This document shows, one piece after another, positions 24,239 to 32,000 of a stretch of 32,000 nucleotides of DNA (its first letter is position 1; each line of letters begins with the position of its first letter). Made by a program: the position numbers and the translations under genes. The notes under the pieces are model-generated. The model saw nothing but the letters and a program-made list of their open reading frames with translations. It was not told where the DNA came from and did no database searches. The stretch covers positions 690,001 through 722,000 of the forward strand of contig NZ_CP042905.2 of assembly GCF_008000775.2 (NCBI RefSeq). Reading direction: 5' to 3'. Source of the DNA: Promethearchaeum syntrophicum. Its GTDB lineage: Archaea > Asgardarchaeota > Lokiarchaeia > Sigyniarchaeales > Promethearchaeaceae.

Positions 24239-25345
24239 TCATAATAAATTTCTAAGAATAATTTCAGAACTTCTATGATTTTCCCATAATTCTAAGAAGG
24301 ATTTTAGCCTTTCATCATTTTGAAAGATTTTTTCTCTTAAATTGCGTTTTTGCTTCAAAATCGATAGAAATGAACGATCTAACCTTTTAATATAAGTTTC
24401 ACCCATTTTCTCTTCCCTATCTCTTTTCTCACAATAATTTATTGTTTTAATTGCAATCTCTGCAGACATCATTGCATATGGAATACCTTTTCCACTTATA
24501 GGGTCAACCATTCCTCCTGCGTCTCCTACAGCAAAGACAAAATCTTTGTAGAGTATAGGACGCACCCCTACCGGAATAAGATGTGGCGTATATCTGATTA
24601 AATTCGCATCTTTAATAGTGTGATTTACAAGGGGAATATTAAGGAATTTATTAAATTCACTTTTTGTATGTTTAATTTTGCCAATTTGATTACCCCATCC
24701 TACAGTTAATGCATCTTTTTTTGGAAATAACCATGCGTAACCTAAAGGAATAAAATCTTTAATCCCAAAAAATAAGTGAATTTCATCATTTCCTAATCTT
24801 TCATCAATTTTTTTTTTATTTAATTCCATCTCTTGGGTGAGTGTTAAAATTAAATCCTTTTTATCGAATTTCTCCCAGTATAATTTACTTAATGTAGGAG
24901 AATTTACTCCATCGGCGGCTATTATATATTTTGCGGAATATTTTGAATTTGAAGTTCTGATTAGATATCTAGAATTTATTTTTTTTATTTCAAGTAATCC
25001 TTCATTTTGCTTTAATTCCGCCCCACTGGTAATAGCCATATCAGTGAGGAATTTATCAAATTTATTCCTCCAAATAACTGCTCCTTTACCCTTTTTTGAA
25101 TAAATATTTCCGTCAACATGATGAAGAATGAGTTTTTCTACCATTCTATCGATTTTTTCCTCAGGAAATTTTATTTTATCTATTAATTCCCAAGCCATGG
25201 CACCTCCACATGCTTTATATCTTCCATTTTTCCCTAAATCTTCTTTTTCTAATAAACAAATGGAATACCCTTTATCAGCAGCGATTTTTGCAGCAATTGA
25301 TCCTCCCGGTCCTGCTCCAACTACGATAATATCGAATTTTTCCAT
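24239..25345 (-). CDS. geranylgeranyl reductase family flavoprotein (digeranylgeranylglycerophospholipid reductase-like)
   Basis: 368 aa. FAD Rossmann FDIIVVGAGPGGSIAAKIAADKGYSICLLEK, YIIAADGVNS, FAVGDAGGMVDPISGKGI. Last gene of the mevalonate/GGPP operon. Confidence 0.88.
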   Translation of the reverse strand: MEKFDIIVVGAGPGGSIAAKIAADKGYSICLLEKEDLGKNGRYKACGGAMAWELIDKIKFPEEKIDRMVEKLILHHVDGNIYSKKGKGAVIWRNKFDKFLTDMAITSGAELKQNEGLLEIKKINSRYLIRTSNSKYSAKYIIAADGVNSPTLSKLYWEKFDKKDLILTLTQEMELNKKKIDERLGNDEIHLFFGIKDFIPLGYAWLFPKKDALTVGWGNQIGKIKHTKSEFNKFLNIPLVNHTIKDANLIRYTPHLIPVGVRPILYKDFVFAVGDAGGMVDPISGKGIPYAMMSAEIAIKTINYCEKRDREEKMGETYIKRLDRSFLSILKQKRNLREKIFQNDERLKSFLELWENHRSSEIILRNLL

Positions 25346-25361
25346 ATTAATCCCATTATCA

Positions 25362-26363
25362 TTAGTATGTTCTTTGAATAGAGAATAATGCTAATTTTTG
25401 AAGTTCTTTTTTAGATTCTGAATCAGGGAAAATTTCCAGTTTAGCTATTGCTTCATCTAGTTTATTTTTTACAATTTTTTTTGCAATTTCAATAGCCCCG
25501 CTATTCTTTATTAATTCAATTCCTTTACTGATATCTTCATTAGTCTTTTCTTTTTTACTCAAAATTGTAATTAATTCTCTTTTTTCTTGATTTTTAAGGT
25601 GTTCTAATGCATATATTAGTAAGAAGGTTTTTTTTCCTTCTCGAAGATCGCTTCCTATTGGTTTGCCAAATTTTTTTTCATCTCCGATCAAGCCCAAAAT
25701 ATCATCAATAATTTGAAAACTGATTCCAAATTTATTACCGAATTCCTCTAGTGATTTTAACTGAATTTTACTTGCTTTGGCGCATAATCCACCAATAAAT
25801 GTACTTACTTCAAAAAGAGCTCCAGTTTTTAATTCAACCATTCTCATATATTCTTCAATCGAAACATCAATTCTCTCTTCAAATTCAATATCCATTGTTT
25901 GACCTTCACATAATTTTGAAGAAACTCGTCCTAATTCTAGTAAAACTCTATATTTAATATCTTGGGGTATTTTAGCGTGATGTACAAAAACAAAAGCTTG
26001 GGAGAGAAGAAAATCACCCGCTAAAATTGCGAGAGATTCATCCCATTTAGTATGAACAGTGGGAACATTTCTTCTTATCGGATCTTGATCCATAATATCA
26101 TCATGGATTAAACTAAATGTGTGTAGAATTTCTACTGCAGCTGCAATTGGAATAATATTTTCATAATTTTCCGCCAATAAACTATATGCCTTTATTATAA
26201 AGAAAGGTCTAAGCCGTTTTCCGCCTGCAGTAATATAATGTTGCGAGGCTTTCCAAAGAGTTAGAACTTTATTTGATAAATTATTTAGAATAAAATCGTC
26301 AATTTTTTCCGCAATTTCTTGAAATTTTTTTTTTGTTAATTCAGAATTATCCAATTTTATCAC
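25362..26363 (-). CDS. idsA: short-chain trans-prenyl diphosphate synthase, probably GGPP synthase
   Basis: 333 aa. GGKRLRP, first Asp-rich motif LIHDDIMD with Phe at position -5 (HTFSLIHDD), second motif QIIDDILG..GK..GSDLREGKKT. A bulky -5 residue is the known short-chain (C20) determinant. Confidence 0.88.
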   Translation of the reverse strand: MIKLDNSELTKKKFQEIAEKIDDFILNNLSNKVLTLWKASQHYITAGGKRLRPFFIIKAYSLLAENYENIIPIAAAVEILHTFSLIHDDIMDQDPIRRNVPTVHTKWDESLAILAGDFLLSQAFVFVHHAKIPQDIKYRVLLELGRVSSKLCEGQTMDIEFEERIDVSIEEYMRMVELKTGALFEVSTFIGGLCAKASKIQLKSLEEFGNKFGISFQIIDDILGLIGDEKKFGKPIGSDLREGKKTFLLIYALEHLKNQEKRELITILSKKEKTNEDISKGIELIKNSGAIEIAKKIVKNKLDEAIAKLEIFPDSESKKELQKLALFSIQRTY

Positions 26364-26372
26364 CTTTTATTA

Positions 26373-27443
26373 CTATAATCGCTTTTCTAACCAGTTACTT
26401 AAAGGAGGAAGTATTACATATTCTGCTTTCTTTAAATCTCTGACTGATTTACTCCCAGTTAGGAACATTGCACTCTTTAATTCTGAAATTAAAGTATTGA
26501 TATAAGATTCTATTTCAATAGGATTATCAAAAGCACTTTTCAAAAACGGTTGAGCAATTGCTGATATATTAGCACCAATTGCAATACATTTAGCGATTTC
26601 CAATCCATTACGTATTCCTCCACTTCCAATTATTACTGTAGAATTCTGTGCAATTTTTTTGGTTTCAATAATACTTGCTGCAGATGGAATTCCCCAATTT
26701 AAAAATGTATCTCCTATAGCTGTTTTTAATTGATTTGTTTGCTTTTTTGCTCTAGAATATTCAATGGCTGCAAAAGATGTTCCTCCTAAACCAGAAACAT
26801 CTAAATATTTAATACCTATGTTAATTAAGTCATTTGAAACATTTTTAGAGAATCCTGCTCCTGTTTCTTTTATAATAACTGGAATTTTAAGAGTATTATT
26901 CAATTCGGTGATTTTTTTTTTAGCATTAGTAAAATTAGTGTCTCCTTCTGGTTGAATAATTTCTTGCAAAGGGTTCAAATGAATTGCAATTGCATCAGCT
27001 TCAATGGAACGAATAATTAGTTCAACTGAATCAAAGTCATCCATTTGAATTAATTGTGAAATCCCCAAATTTGCAATTATTGGTATGGTAGGAGCAATTT
27101 CTCTTATAGAAGCAAAATTTTTTGATGTATCTGGGTATTCTAGTTGAATTCTTTGACTTCCAACCATTAGTGGGATTTGATGTTTTTCCGCTGCTTGTGC
27201 TAGTCTTCTATTAATCTCTAATCCTAAATTAGTGCCACCAGTTAATGATCCTATTATAATGGGAGCATTTATTGGTTTTCCTAAAAATTTCATAGTTATA
27301 TCAATATCTTTGAAATTAATTTCGGGGAGAGATTTATGGACAAATCTAACACATTCTAGCCAAGTAGTATTTTTGGAATTGACGTTTTCGTTTAACGAAA
27401 TTTTAATGTGGTCGTCCTTTCTTTGAAAGATATCCTTTTCCAT
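26373..27443 (-). CDS. fni: isopentenyl-diphosphate delta-isomerase, type 2 (FMN-dependent)
   Basis: 356 aa. RKDDHIKI, MVGSQR, IIKETGAG, SGLGGTSFAAIE, IGSGGIRNGLE, the TIM-barrel IDI-2 pattern. Confidence 0.92.
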   Translation of the reverse strand: MEKDIFQRKDDHIKISLNENVNSKNTTWLECVRFVHKSLPEINFKDIDITMKFLGKPINAPIIIGSLTGGTNLGLEINRRLAQAAEKHQIPLMVGSQRIQLEYPDTSKNFASIREIAPTIPIIANLGISQLIQMDDFDSVELIIRSIEADAIAIHLNPLQEIIQPEGDTNFTNAKKKITELNNTLKIPVIIKETGAGFSKNVSNDLINIGIKYLDVSGLGGTSFAAIEYSRAKKQTNQLKTAIGDTFLNWGIPSAASIIETKKIAQNSTVIIGSGGIRNGLEIAKCIAIGANISAIAQPFLKSAFDNPIEIESYINTLISELKSAMFLTGSKSVRDLKKAEYVILPPLSNWLEKRL

Positions 27444-27453
27444 ATTTTCACCT

Positions 27454-28284
27454 TCATTTAATTAGGGTTGATAAAATTTTTTCATTTTTCAATGCTTTAA
27501 TAAGTAGATTTGGTTTTTGTCCGTTTATCAATTGAACTGGAATTCCTAATTTACAGATTTTTTTTATTTCGTGTAATTTTCCTCTGATATTACCAGTAAC
27601 ATCGATAGAATCTTCAAATGTTTTTAATTGTAGTAGATCTATATCCTTTAATTTAATAATTGGAATTACACTTGAATCTTCTTCGCCATTAGAAATGATT
27701 AAACCATCTTTATCGAAGCAAAAAATAATCTTATCTATTCTATATTTTGTATTATTTGAAGAAGAAAATGAATTACAGATTTCGTAAATAACTCTATCTC
27801 CTGATAAAATCGAGAAATTATTTGAATCGTGAATTAAGATATCCCCAAAAAGAATAGGTATTATCCCAATATCTAAAAGAGATTCAATATGATTAAATCC
27901 GGTAAATTTTAAATTAGTTCCTTCTTGATAAAAAATACTTGATGTGGTTAAACTCAAAACTGGAATATTCTTGCCTAAGAAACTATTTATAATCTTATTA
28001 TTTAATTTCCTAACACTTTGATGAGTTTTGGCTAGGCCTAATATCTGATTGGGAATGTTTTGATTTAACCCATTCTGGATTGAAAAGGAATTTGCTAAAG
28101 GATGACCAAAAGATCCTGCGCCATGAATTATAATGATCTTGGGTTGGGTCGAAATATGATAATTATCAGATATCTGAGAAATTAAGCTCTTTATCTCTTT
28201 TTCTTTGATGGAATTTGGAATATTTTTATCTGTTAAGATACTACCTCCTAATTTAACTATGATTACAGGGTTTTTATTTACCAT
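27454..28284 (-). CDS. ipk: isopentenyl phosphate kinase (amino-acid-kinase fold)
   Basis: The ORF track starts at a GTG (28293). ATG at 28284 with an AGGTG SD-like motif gives MVNKNPVIIVKLGGSILTDK. IIIHGAGSFGH and ILSGD fit IPK. The start lies inside the 3' end of mvk. Confidence 0.85.
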   Translation of the reverse strand: MVNKNPVIIVKLGGSILTDKNIPNSIKEKEIKSLISQISDNYHISTQPKIIIIHGAGSFGHPLANSFSIQNGLNQNIPNQILGLAKTHQSVRKLNNKIINSFLGKNIPVLSLTTSSIFYQEGTNLKFTGFNHIESLLDIGIIPILFGDILIHDSNNFSILSGDRVIYEICNSFSSSNNTKYRIDKIIFCFDKDGLIISNGEEDSSVIPIIKLKDIDLLQLKTFEDSIDVTGNIRGKLHEIKKICKLGIPVQLINGQKPNLLIKALKNEKILSTLIK

Positions 28285-29251
28285 ACTTAACACCTTGATT
28301 ATTAATTGAAGTAATTATTGAAGAGTATCCTAGCTTCTTCAATTTTTCTTTAATATTTTTTAAATCTTTTAATTTTCCTATGGAGATCACGCATCCACCT
28401 TTACCTGCACCAGTTAATTTAGAACCGTATGCATTATTAGATATCGAAATTCTAGTTATTTCTTCGATATCTGTTGTTGAGAGACCAATTTCCATTAATA
28501 TTTGATGATTCAAATTCATTAAATGGCCGAATTCAACCAAATTTCCATTTTTTAATTCCTTTAAACCCTTTTCAGTTATTTTACCTATATTATTAAATAA
28601 TTCAGTTGAGATTTTCGGCTCTTTATCACAAAATTCTTTGACATTCTTAATTGCTTCTTTAGTATTATGAGTTTTTCCAGTGTATGTTATTAGGATTTGA
28701 AATTGTTTTAAAAAATTAAACCTTTGAAAATTTTGATTTTTAAAGAATATAAGACCTCCTTGGGAACATGCAGTATTATCAATTCCAGATGGTTTCCCAT
28801 GAACTTCTTTCTCCATTTCGTATGAAAGGGTTGATAAATTTCTACTATTTAATTCTAAATTATAAAATTCATTAAGTGCGCCTAGTAAAGATATTGAAGA
28901 TGAAGCAGAAGATCCAAGACCTGATTCTGGCCATAAATCAGATTGAATTTCGATCTCTATTTTTTCCATCAATATTTTATATTTCTTTGAAAATAATTTT
29001 AAACCTATGGCAATCTGACTAAATTTTGATGGAATTTTATTAAAAAGATCTTTCATATTCAAGAAACTAAAGGTTTGCTCGTAATTTTTTAAAATTAATG
29101 AAATTCCATTTTGATCGCTTTCTGAGATCTGACAAGATGAAGAAACATCAATTGCAATCGCTAAGGCAGGATATCCATAAACAACAGCATGTTCTCCAAA
29201 TAAAATACACTTACCAGGGGCTGATGCAATAGAAGGTCGCATTTTTTTCAA
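28274..29251 (-). CDS. mvk: mevalonate kinase (GHMP family)
   Basis: 325 aa. SAPGKCILFGEHAVVYGYPALA, GHMP motif ESGLGSSASSSISL, KLTGAGKGGCVI. Confidence 0.92.
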   Translation of the reverse strand: MKKMRPSIASAPGKCILFGEHAVVYGYPALAIAIDVSSSCQISESDQNGISLILKNYEQTFSFLNMKDLFNKIPSKFSQIAIGLKLFSKKYKILMEKIEIEIQSDLWPESGLGSSASSSISLLGALNEFYNLELNSRNLSTLSYEMEKEVHGKPSGIDNTACSQGGLIFFKNQNFQRFNFLKQFQILITYTGKTHNTKEAIKNVKEFCDKEPKISTELFNNIGKITEKGLKELKNGNLVEFGHLMNLNHQILMEIGLSTTDIEEITRISISNNAYGSKLTGAGKGGCVISIGKLKDLKNIKEKLKKLGYSSIITSINNQGVKYGK

Positions 29252-29263
29252 TCGTCCAAATGT

Positions 29264-30421
29264 TTATTTTCGTGAATGAAGTTTCATATGGCCCGATTGA
29301 ATTCCTTCATCAGCTAGAGCCCGTAAAGCTGCAAAATTTTGTGCCAAACCTAAAGCAGCAGCTATTTGAGAGAGTTCATCTGCATTTTTTACATCTAATA
29401 TTTTCAAAGCTATTTTTGACATCGGATGTTTATTAATAATGCCTCCAAAAGTTGCCATGGGCATGGGGATTTCAATCGTTCCAACTAAATTATCATCATT
29501 ATCAACATAATAATCTGTTAATGGCCCATAATTACCATTCAATGAAGCAAATGCATGTGCTCCGGCTTCTATAGCTCTTACATCATTCCCCGTGGCTATA
29601 GCTAATGCATCAATTCCATTCATTATTCCCTTGTTTGCTGTTGCTGCTCTGAAAGGGTCCGCTTTGGCAAATGCTTGAGCGTCAAGAATTCTCTCTATTA
29701 TTCTTTTTCCTCCAATCAAATCTTTATTAAATACCGCAGAACTAATTGCAACTCGATAAATTGCTAGATTCGAAATTATTTTCAAATTAATTTGAGCCTT
29801 TACTATTTCTTTTTCGATTATTACATGAGCAATTTTCTCTACCATAGTATTTACCGTATTTGCGCCCATAGCATCAAGAACATTTACAAATAGATGTAGT
29901 ATTATCATCTGCCCTCGTTCCGTAGATATTTCACGAACTTCTAAACTTTGTGCTCCTCCACCCATTTGAACAAGAGTTTTATCGCATAAATTTGCAATTT
30001 TTATTAAATAATCTGTATTTTCCATTAAAATTTTTTTCACATAATCTGAATTCGTAAAATTAGTTAATTGGATTTGTCCTATCATTATAGAATTTACAGG
30101 TTCCGATCGAAATCCTCCAGATTTTCTAGCAATTCTTGCTCCATTACTTGCTGCTGCAACTACAGAAGCTTCTTCAGTAACCATTGGTATTAGATAATCT
30201 ACGTCATTAATTTTAAAATTAGTTGCAATGCTAAAGGGTAAAGAATAACATCCTATTACATTTTCACTCATCATATCTAATTGTTCATCATTGAAATATC
30301 CATAATTTTCTAATATCTGCCTTTCATCTTTCTCTAAATTAACCAATTTTGAGATACACGCTTGTCTTTCAAAGAAAGAAAGTTTATGAAAACCTGAAAT
30401 TTTCGAATGATCCTTTTTCAT
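29264..30421 (-). CDS. hmgA: HMG-CoA reductase, class II (bacterial type)
   Basis: 385 aa. ENVIGCYSLPFSIATNFKINDVDYLIPMVTEEASVVAAAS, DAMGANTVNTM, ATANKGIMNGIDALAIATGNDVRAIEAGAHAF, GIQSGHMKLHSR align almost block-for-block with my recollection of the Pseudomonas mevalonii class II enzyme. Confidence 0.93.
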   Translation of the reverse strand: MKKDHSKISGFHKLSFFERQACISKLVNLEKDERQILENYGYFNDEQLDMMSENVIGCYSLPFSIATNFKINDVDYLIPMVTEEASVVAAASNGARIARKSGGFRSEPVNSIMIGQIQLTNFTNSDYVKKILMENTDYLIKIANLCDKTLVQMGGGAQSLEVREISTERGQMIILHLFVNVLDAMGANTVNTMVEKIAHVIIEKEIVKAQINLKIISNLAIYRVAISSAVFNKDLIGGKRIIERILDAQAFAKADPFRAATANKGIMNGIDALAIATGNDVRAIEAGAHAFASLNGNYGPLTDYYVDNDDNLVGTIEIPMPMATFGGIINKHPMSKIALKILDVKNADELSQIAAALGLAQNFAALRALADEGIQSGHMKLHSRK

Positions 30422-31614
30422 TTTACGTTCAAATTCAAATTAATAAGATCATCCATTAAAAATTTCGCTTCTGGAGATGTTTTTTCTAATAATTTGCTTG
30501 GACCACCAATTTTCCCGATATTTATATCAAATTTATCATTTAAATTGACTAAATCTTCTAAAATTCTTTTAGTAAATTTGGTTCTGGTTAATAAAACCAC
30601 CGAAGGTCCTGTATCTATAGAAAAAAACACAGAAATTCCTTGTTTCCTTAATTTTCGTGTTAAATGCATTATAGAGATGGTTTCTGGAGTCCACAAAATA
30701 AGATTTTTGTCAGGGGATCCTGTCATAGTAATTGCATGTAATTTTAATGTATCGAATTCTGACATTTCACCTAGCTTTTCAAAATTTTCATTGATTAAAT
30801 CATTATAGAAGTCTAAAATGTCTTTTTTTCTGGATTTCATCCAAGAATTATAAAACGGACTGAGGGGTGCAATTTCATGGGCTTTATCAGTTTGTATCTT
30901 TGATTGAATTGAGATTGTGATTAAATCGATATCATTAATAAAAGTTTGAATTTCTTTCGTATCAAGGCGTATCCCAAAACTTACTTTTGGATCCATATTT
31001 GGATGACTCATCCACAGTCCAATTCCTCCAACACAACTACGGATGGCAGACCCGGCTAAGTAACGTGAAAAAAGACACCTTAAACTTAGATTATTTGTAA
31101 ATTTAACTTCATTATCATATAAAATAGAAATTGCCGCATGAGCTATAGATGCACCTGCTGAAGCAGAAGTTCCTATTCCTTTCCCTAATACGGTTTTACT
31201 ATTCCTTTTAATTATGTTTCGTGAAATTATTATGGCTTTGGTATTAATTTTAGAATATTTCCGAATATAGTTTAATTGATGAGATACTCGAATAAATTTT
31301 TGATCTTTAGACTCAATTTCAATTCCATTTAACATAAAACGATCCTTTTGATACTTTTTAGAGAATTTTAAATAGGTAATTGTGAAAAAAGCATCGTTAT
31401 TTAGAGAAATACTTGGAAAATTTGCTGTTCGATGATCTTTATTTGCTAATCCGTGATATTTTAGCATTCCTTGTATTGGATATGCAAGAGTAAAAGCTTC
31501 TCCTTCATTTTTTATTGCGTTTAAATTATTAGGTAAACTAGGTAATGAAATTTTGTTCTTATTAAGATATAATGCTATTTCTTCAACATCTTTTTTTAAT
31601 AACTCATTTAGCAT
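30418..31614 (-). CDS. diphosphomevalonate-decarboxylase-family GHMP protein, predicted phosphomevalonate decarboxylase
   Basis: 398 aa. LKYHG (cf. IKYWGK), FPSISL, GIGTSASAGAS, AGSAIRSCVGG (cf. GSGSASRSIFGG), FFSIDTGPSVVLL (cf. FTMDAGPNVKVL). ATGA overlap with the hmgA start. The specific substrate is inferred from context (IPK present, no PMK in the operon). Confidence 0.7.
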   Translation of the reverse strand: MLNELLKKDVEEIALYLNKNKISLPSLPNNLNAIKNEGEAFTLAYPIQGMLKYHGLANKDHRTANFPSISLNNDAFFTITYLKFSKKYQKDRFMLNGIEIESKDQKFIRVSHQLNYIRKYSKINTKAIIISRNIIKRNSKTVLGKGIGTSASAGASIAHAAISILYDNEVKFTNNLSLRCLFSRYLAGSAIRSCVGGIGLWMSHPNMDPKVSFGIRLDTKEIQTFINDIDLITISIQSKIQTDKAHEIAPLSPFYNSWMKSRKKDILDFYNDLINENFEKLGEMSEFDTLKLHAITMTGSPDKNLILWTPETISIMHLTRKLRKQGISVFFSIDTGPSVVLLTRTKFTKRILEDLVNLNDKFDINIGKIGGPSKLLEKTSPEAKFLMDDLINLNLNVK

Positions 31615-31630
31615 ATCAATCAGCTAAAAA

Positions 31631-32000
31631 TCATAAGTCAATTTGAGAAATTGATGCCATTTCTTCTATTTCAGAAGAAATCTTATTATCTACTAATTCA
31701 AGATATGGAGATGATGAAACAGAACGATAAATAGGCATCCAATTAAGCAATCCTTTTGGTGAATTTGGAGGATCTAATTTATGAGTTTTCCATCGTCTCA
31801 ATTCAAATTCCATGGTAGAACCAATAATAGGTTTGTTCTTTATCAAAATAAATCCATCCATTAAAGGAGATAGATCATTGCTATACGGTTTTATTTCTGT
31901 CAATGTCCCTGTTAAAGGGAATTCGATTAAATTAGAGCCAGAGTGTCCTTTCGGGCAATAATTCAAGCCATTATATTGGGATAGAATGCATCCTTCATTA
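31631..32000 (-). CDS. possible DUF35 (OB-fold/zinc-ribbon) protein of the thiolase/HMG-CoA synthase complex, 5'-truncated by the window end
   Basis: The frame stays open to position 32000; the track's start at 31966 is a TTG. Cys/His-containing N-terminal part (..EGCILSQYNGLNYCPKGH..), then an OB-like ..LTGTLTEIKPY...GFILIKNKPIIGSTMEFELRRW. The position at the head of the mevalonate operon fits DUF35, but the sequence match is weak. Confidence 0.35.
   Translation of the reverse strand, partial: NEGCILSQYNGLNYCPKGHSGSNLIEFPLTGTLTEIKPYSNDLSPLMDGFILIKNKPIIGSTMEFELRRWKTHKLDPPNSPKGLLNWMPIYRSVSSSPYLELVDNKISSEIEEMASISQIDL

Noticed and set aside
18044-30808. Antisense ORFs 18044..18346, 18976..19212, 20847..21116, 21355..21546, 22564..22746, 24837..25103, 25128..25388, 26764..26955, 27232..27426, 30407..30808
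   Set aside because: All lie opposite to genes with strong family motifs (RuvX-like, DUF362, M48, GGR, IDI-2, MVD-like). They have low-complexity translations and no start-site signals.
1-32000. Search for mobile elements, CRISPR arrays, rRNA/tRNA genes, and toxin-antitoxin or defence-island signatures
   Set aside because: I recognised no transposase, integrase or Cas-like ORFs, no long terminal inverted repeats, no repeat-spacer arrays, and no G+C-rich tRNA-sized islands other than the 5838-5952 patch. The window looks like core chromosome.

Overview
AT-rich archaeal chromosomal window (roughly 30% G+C by eye). It is densely coding, and I found no tRNA, rRNA, CRISPR, transposase or integrase signal. 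Three blocks. (1) 1-6622, minus strand: an archaeal/eukaryote-type ribosomal protein cluster, S19 - [420-bp spacer with a small unlisted ORF] - L22 - S3 - L29 - RNase P Rpp29 - S17 - L14 - L24 - S4e - L5 - S14 (unlisted, found by hand) - S8 - L6 - start of L32e. (2) 6.7-18.7 kb: mixed housekeeping genes and unknowns. These are a cupin/PMI-like protein, small membrane proteins, a long acyl-CoA-dehydrogenase-fold protein, a zinc-ribbon protein, an MptE-like pterin pyrophosphokinase, an ATP-NAD-kinase-family protein, an OSTC/Ost3-like membrane protein, a divergent RadA/Rad51 paralogue, a TFE-beta/RPC34-like protein with lysine-rich tails, RlmE, Trm1, a RadB-like ATPase and a RuvX/YqgF-like RNase H-fold protein. 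(3) 18.7-32 kb: an isoprenoid/lipid island. It holds an M48 protease - UbiA prenyltransferase - DUF362 operon, uppS, and one tightly packed eight-gene operon: DUF35-like, MVD-family decarboxylase, class II HMG-CoA reductase, mevalonate kinase, isopentenyl phosphate kinase, IDI type 2, GGPP synthase, geranylgeranyl reductase. The gene content (eS4, eL32, Rpp29, RPC34-like TFE-beta, OSTC-like protein) plus AT-richness suggests an Asgard (Loki-like) archaeon, but that is inference only. Most worth a second look: the IPK-type mevalonate super-operon with an ambiguous MVD-family enzyme, the uncharacterised M48-UbiA-DUF362 operon, the G+C-rich small ORF or element between S19 and L22, the RecA-paralogue and RNase H-fold pair, and small membrane proteins with possible resemblance to eukaryotic ER glycosylation subunits. 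All homology calls are by-eye motif recognition from memory. No searches were run.
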